A stretch of 64,000 nt of DNA, taken from assembly GCA_028023455.1 (NCBI GenBank), contig JAQFVV010000007.1, positions 18,228,001-18,292,000 on the forward strand, given 5' to 3'. Made by a program: the position numbers and the translations under genes. Shown here piece after piece: positions 59,815 to 64,000 of the stretch. Source of the stretch: Epiperipatus broadwayi (lineage: Eukaryota; Animalia; Onychophora). Every line of letters starts with the position of its first letter. The first letter of the stretch is position 1. The notes beneath the pieces were generated by a model. It searched no databases. It was not told the origin of the DNA and was given only the letters and a program-made list of their open reading frames with translations.

Positions 59815-60394
59815 AAATGTAAATAAAGAAATGTCAGCTCCAAACATTGAATATAAATTTCTTTATAGGATATATGCTTTTCAGAAATAACTTCCTTCTT
59901 TAGCTGTCTTTGAGCATTGCCAATAATCTTTGCAAATATAGCAACAACATGACATAAATCAATACTGTAATGGTTATCAATGGATTTGTTGTTGTAGCAG
60001 ACCCATTTATAGGAAATGGTCATTGCATTAAATCATTGATATTAATTTATCCACTGTTACAGCATTGATCCAAAACAGCTAATGAAAGAAATTGTTTCTG
60101 AAATTGATGCATACTGCAATGTGATTGGTCAATTTTATATGTAGTATGGCAGTCACTGTGAAACATGTATTATATATGATAATAGAGCTGATATCTCTTA
60201 AAGTTTATTCAATATCATTGTAATATATTCTTCAATTTTTTTTATAAAACTTAAACTCATCTTTTTTAGTGCTATACATTTTTCTGACTTCAGGCATCAC
60301 ATTGCTCTCTAAAAAGTAATGTTCTGTATCCCCCCCCCCCAACGACATCTATTTTTATCTCTTTCTTTGCTATTGTCTTTACTACACTGTATAT

Positions 60395-60640
60395 TTAATT
60401 TTTCTCCTATAAATATGCATGTTGTGAGTAACAAGAAAAGATCAAAAACGTAATATCGGTAAACAGAACAAAGAGATATTACTGATCTCATTATAAAAAT
60501 TAAAAGACTGAAGTGGAGTTGGGCTGGACATATTGCTAGGAGAGGGAGATGATAATAGATGAGAAGTTAAAGATCGGAGATGGATTGAACTTGGAGGGAT
60601 CATCATTCAGTGGGTTGATAATGGTTGATGATGATGATTT
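60395..60640 (+). mobile_element. RTE 3' fragment with an internal deletion
   Basis: IKIKRLKWSWAGHIARRGDDN, then the ...CAGTGGGTTGATAATGGTTGATGATGATGA tail. Confidence 0.8.
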
Positions 60641-61649
60641 TTAACATATCTTTTAAACCTTTTTTTCACTTTGTACAACTACCCCTCTACCCCATCAATT
60701 TATGTATAATCTGCTGTCGTTCTACATAATTATTTACCTAATGTGTATTCCTTTCATTCCTCATGCTGTATATAAAATAATTAATGCTATATATAAAATA
60801 ATTCATAATTTACTATCTTTCTATACTATTATATCTACTTGACGTCATTTAGTTAAACACTGATTTTGCTAACCTATTGTTATTTTTCAATTGTAAGCTT
60901 CTAACTTTGTTTTTAATTTCCCTTATTACAAATAATCTTCATCTCTTTACATCCTTGAATAACATCATTTATTGTCAACAGTTCACCCCCCATCATTACA
61001 ACTACGTAAGTAGGGTATCTCCAGAGTGATTGATCATCAGTTTGATTTTTTAGTCTACTCGTCCATTCATGATTATAGTAATAAAGTCATTCCACCTTTA
61101 CTTTCTTTTATCATCATTTCCAAGTAATACTTTTTAATGAATTAGATTATCTTATGATATGAACAATATATCCATTTGATTTAAGTTTTTTAAATCTTAA
61201 TACTTTTTTATATGCAAATATAGATATGTACAAAGAAAAGTTTACATTATTGAAAGCACAACCCATCCCAGTTCTAGCAATACACTACATTATCCAATGC
61301 TGACAAAAATGAAACCAAATAGAAAGAATATAGCAGGTCATATAAGTAAATGCTTAACTAACCTATTAAAAATCTATGTGTTTGTAGAATGTTAATCTCG
61401 CTAGAATTCAAGCTATGATATTACCCAAATAGAAAAGATAGCAGACTGCTAACTTTTGTTCATGCTATTTCGGGTTGAGAATTAGTGGGAGTACATGTTA
61501 AACCATTCTTTGTTATGTTTTTCAAGTACATTGTACTTTTTATTACCAAATATAATGGAGCAACTTGAAAGCCACATGGGTCTAAGTATGTGAACAATCA
61601 CAGATGCATTATTGAGATTGCTTGAGTTTTATAGTGTGCCTATGGGAAC

Positions 61650-62310
61650 AAATGGACATTAAGATGAAAACTATGGGCATGTTTGAAAATATATATAGCA
61701 TTTCTTCTGTATAATTACTGCATAAGACCCATGTGGGTTTAAGATATAGCTTGAATCCATTAATGGAAAACATTTTAATTGGAATTTTAATCCCATCTGG
61801 TCATTTGTAATGCAGCAAAATTTCAAATCAAGTATCCACTTGATTTTAAAAGTCATCACTAGCATCAATAGTTAAAAATTACAGAAAACATGTGAACTGA
61901 ATAATTCTGATCTTCACTTTTTAAAATGTCTAGACAACTTTTCCAGATTTTTTATTGCAATTCTGCTATGTATATTATATTTTATCCAAACGTTTCAGAG
62001 CCATTTTAATATTGTGCAAACCAATATCTTTTATCAAAAGACAACTGTTATAAATTTCTGTATAAAAAGTAAATGCAGATATGTGTTATATATTAATCAG
62101 AGTAATATTAGAGTTAACAACAGTTGTTACTAATTATTAAGCAAAAGTACTTAATCATATTTGTAGAAAGACAATTAGTTAAAAAAAAACAGCTACCACA
62201 ACAATTAGAAAATCTTTTACTCGCACCATAGTTGTGCCACCAACTGTAAGTTTTACTAACCAATAAATGCCAGATAGTAATGTTTAATAAATTCCTCACC
62301 TGTGCCATCC
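61650..62310 (-). mobile_element. LTR-retrotransposon integrase remnant
   Basis: YSWWHNY...FSNCCGSC resembles the N-terminal zinc domain and CITNDQMGLKFQ resembles the I-x-x-DQG-x-x-F core. Heavily decayed. Confidence 0.45.
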
Positions 62311-62384
62311 TATCTAATGTCTCTAGACTAATTTCTAGTTATAGCTTTAATTAGCACTGGTTAAAAATTTATTAAAGTCTGGAG

Positions 62385-62973
62385 ATAATGCATGAGTAGG
62401 CACTAGATAGGGATTTTATGCACAAATCATCTTGCATCCACTGATTACTATGGCTTGCACTGGATGTCACTACTAAATGGAAAGTTTTTCACTAACAGGT
62501 TTCTCTGGGCATAGTGGCCGAGAGATTTCTGACTTCAATACAAGGAGAAGCCACAATACATCACATCATTGTTTTAACAACTTGTTTAAGCATAGAAAAT
62601 GGTGATTATGTGCTATTTAGAGGATTAATATTTCTGTCCATGGAATGATGATGACTAAGGTTATTAAAGAACCAAAGACAACAAAATGTAGATACTGAAT
62701 TGGGTTCAGATCAATATGACTTTACAAGTGAATGAGCTTGGATTGAAAACATGGTTTTTTTTTTGACTCATTTTAACTAAAAATGTGGCTACTGGAGAGT
62801 TGTATTAGATCCTAAAATCTAAGTGCTATGCTCTCACATCCAAGGCTCCTCACTAATGAAAGCTACAAGCTAGAAATTATTCAGGAGTTTTTGAAGAGTA
62901 TGCACTACATAGGGATTTTATGCACAAACCTTCTATGGCTGGCACTGGATGGCAGTATTGTATGCAGAATTTG
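62385..62973 (+). repeat. Tandem HHR-B monomers; degenerate hammerhead at about 62847-62886
   Basis: GATAGGGATTTTATGCACAA recurs at about 62407 and 62908. Motif TCCTCA CTAATGA AAGCTACAAGCTA GAAA TTATTC AGGAG. Confidence 0.8.
62490..62568 (+). mobile_element. About 80-bp 3'-terminal piece of the APE-RT LINE inserted in an HHR-B monomer
   Basis: CTAACAGGTTTCTCTGGGCAT...ACATCACATCA matches 40737-40810, with HHR-B sequence continuing on both sides. Confidence 0.8.
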
Positions 62974-62978
62974 TTTTT

Positions 62979-64000
62979 GATAAATGAAGCAAAGAAAAGA
63001 AAGGGACTGATAAAAAAATTAATAGTGTTTCATATAAAAATATGATGTAGCTAGAATTATATGGTAGCGGCAGTAGCAGGGTTAACATATGGTAAAGATA
63101 CATTATGTGTTAGTAAAGGAAGGTTAGATTACTTAGAAAAAGTACAAAAAGAAGTAAAAAGACATGCATTAGATGCAGATGTAAGGACAACAAAGGATGC
63201 AATTCAAGGAGAGATGGGATGCCAAATTTTTATATGAGATGCAAAATGAAAATGTTCAGTAGATTGCAATTTATGGATAATAAGAGAATAGCCAAAACAG
63301 TATCTAATTGGGTTATGAATAAAGGGCAGGCAACAAGATGGATGAGAAAGGTAGTATGGTATGCAAAAGATTTGGATAAAAAAATTTTGTCAGTATACTT
63401 ATACAAAAGGTGGAATGATTGTGTTAGGAGAATTGTTGGGGATTGTAGTGGCAAGGAATGTAATAGAAAAATAGATGCATTAATAAAAAATAGGGAGGTG
63501 GAGAGATGGAGAACTAGTATGGAAAGTAAAAATAGTTTAACTATACTGTATATAGAATTAAACAGAATATTGGTGCAAGTTAATTTATGATAATAGCAAT
63601 GAAAGTAGTTTACTGTTTAAGGCTCTATCAGGATCTTTAGTAACAAGGGAATATACACATAAATGTAAAAATATGGGTGATATTTAGTCTGCAAGTTATG
63701 TAGGGAAGGCATAGAAAATATTAGGCATATGTTAATTGAATGTAAATGCCTGAAAGCAGAAAGGGTACAGATAATGAAGTTGTGGAAGAATAAATATGAA
63801 CAAAGTGATTATACAGAAAGTGAGTTCTTGGTTTTTATATTGGGTTTTGGAAAAGATAAGGGTGATTTAGATATAAAGGCCATAAAATTGACAAAGATTG
63901 TTATGGAAATGGGATGGAGCAGGGTAGAGAAGAATATGGGAAAAACTTTAGAATGGGGAATGGAAAGGGAAGGTAAGGTGGCTAACAGATTTCTCTGGGC
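62979..64000 (+). mobile_element. 5'-truncated copy of the APE-RT LINE, running off the window end
   Basis: Aligns to 39785-40755, including the C-terminal CKLC...H...C region. Confidence 0.9.

Noticed and set aside
141-62886. Strand bias of intact hammerheads relative to the host gene
   Set aside because: Intact and broken cores occur on both strands, and about 17 motifs are too few to show depletion.
1-64000. Prokaryotic systems (CRISPR arrays, operons, rRNA)
   Set aside because: No regularly spaced repeat-spacer array, no dense ORFs and no rRNA-like sequence; the window is intron-rich eukaryotic DNA.

Overview
Very AT-rich, CpG-depleted animal DNA (arthropod-like; the species cannot be determined from sequence alone). 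Most of the window is intron of one + strand host gene. I find three phase-compatible exons: 9751-9917, 41472-41591 and a probable terminal exon at 54442-54485. The product is not identified but carries a CoRNR-box-like LxxIIxxxL motif. The introns are packed with mobile DNA. (1) At least three unrelated short repeat families carry minimal type-I hammerhead ribozyme motifs (here called HHR-A, HHR-B and HHR-C), in tandem monomers of about 355 and 445 nt and in fold-back dimers, with a Penelope GIY-YIG remnant nearby. This resembles animal non-LTR retrozymes and Penelope pLTRs. (2) An APE/RT LINE family appears three times, with different 5' truncations, at the same position of the HHR-B monomer, which suggests a LINE that targets a ribozyme repeat; this is the strongest candidate for an undescribed system. 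(3) A young, structurally complete, gag-only LTR element (15048-22162, minus strand) has 2.27-kb LTRs and an intact 398-aa Arc-like Gag. (4) A SPIN/URR1-like hAT MITE has a perfect 8-bp TSD. There are also many RTE, L1/Tx1 and Gypsy remnants, tRNA-derived SINEs and fold-back elements. All alignments and identities were judged by eye; no database searches were run.
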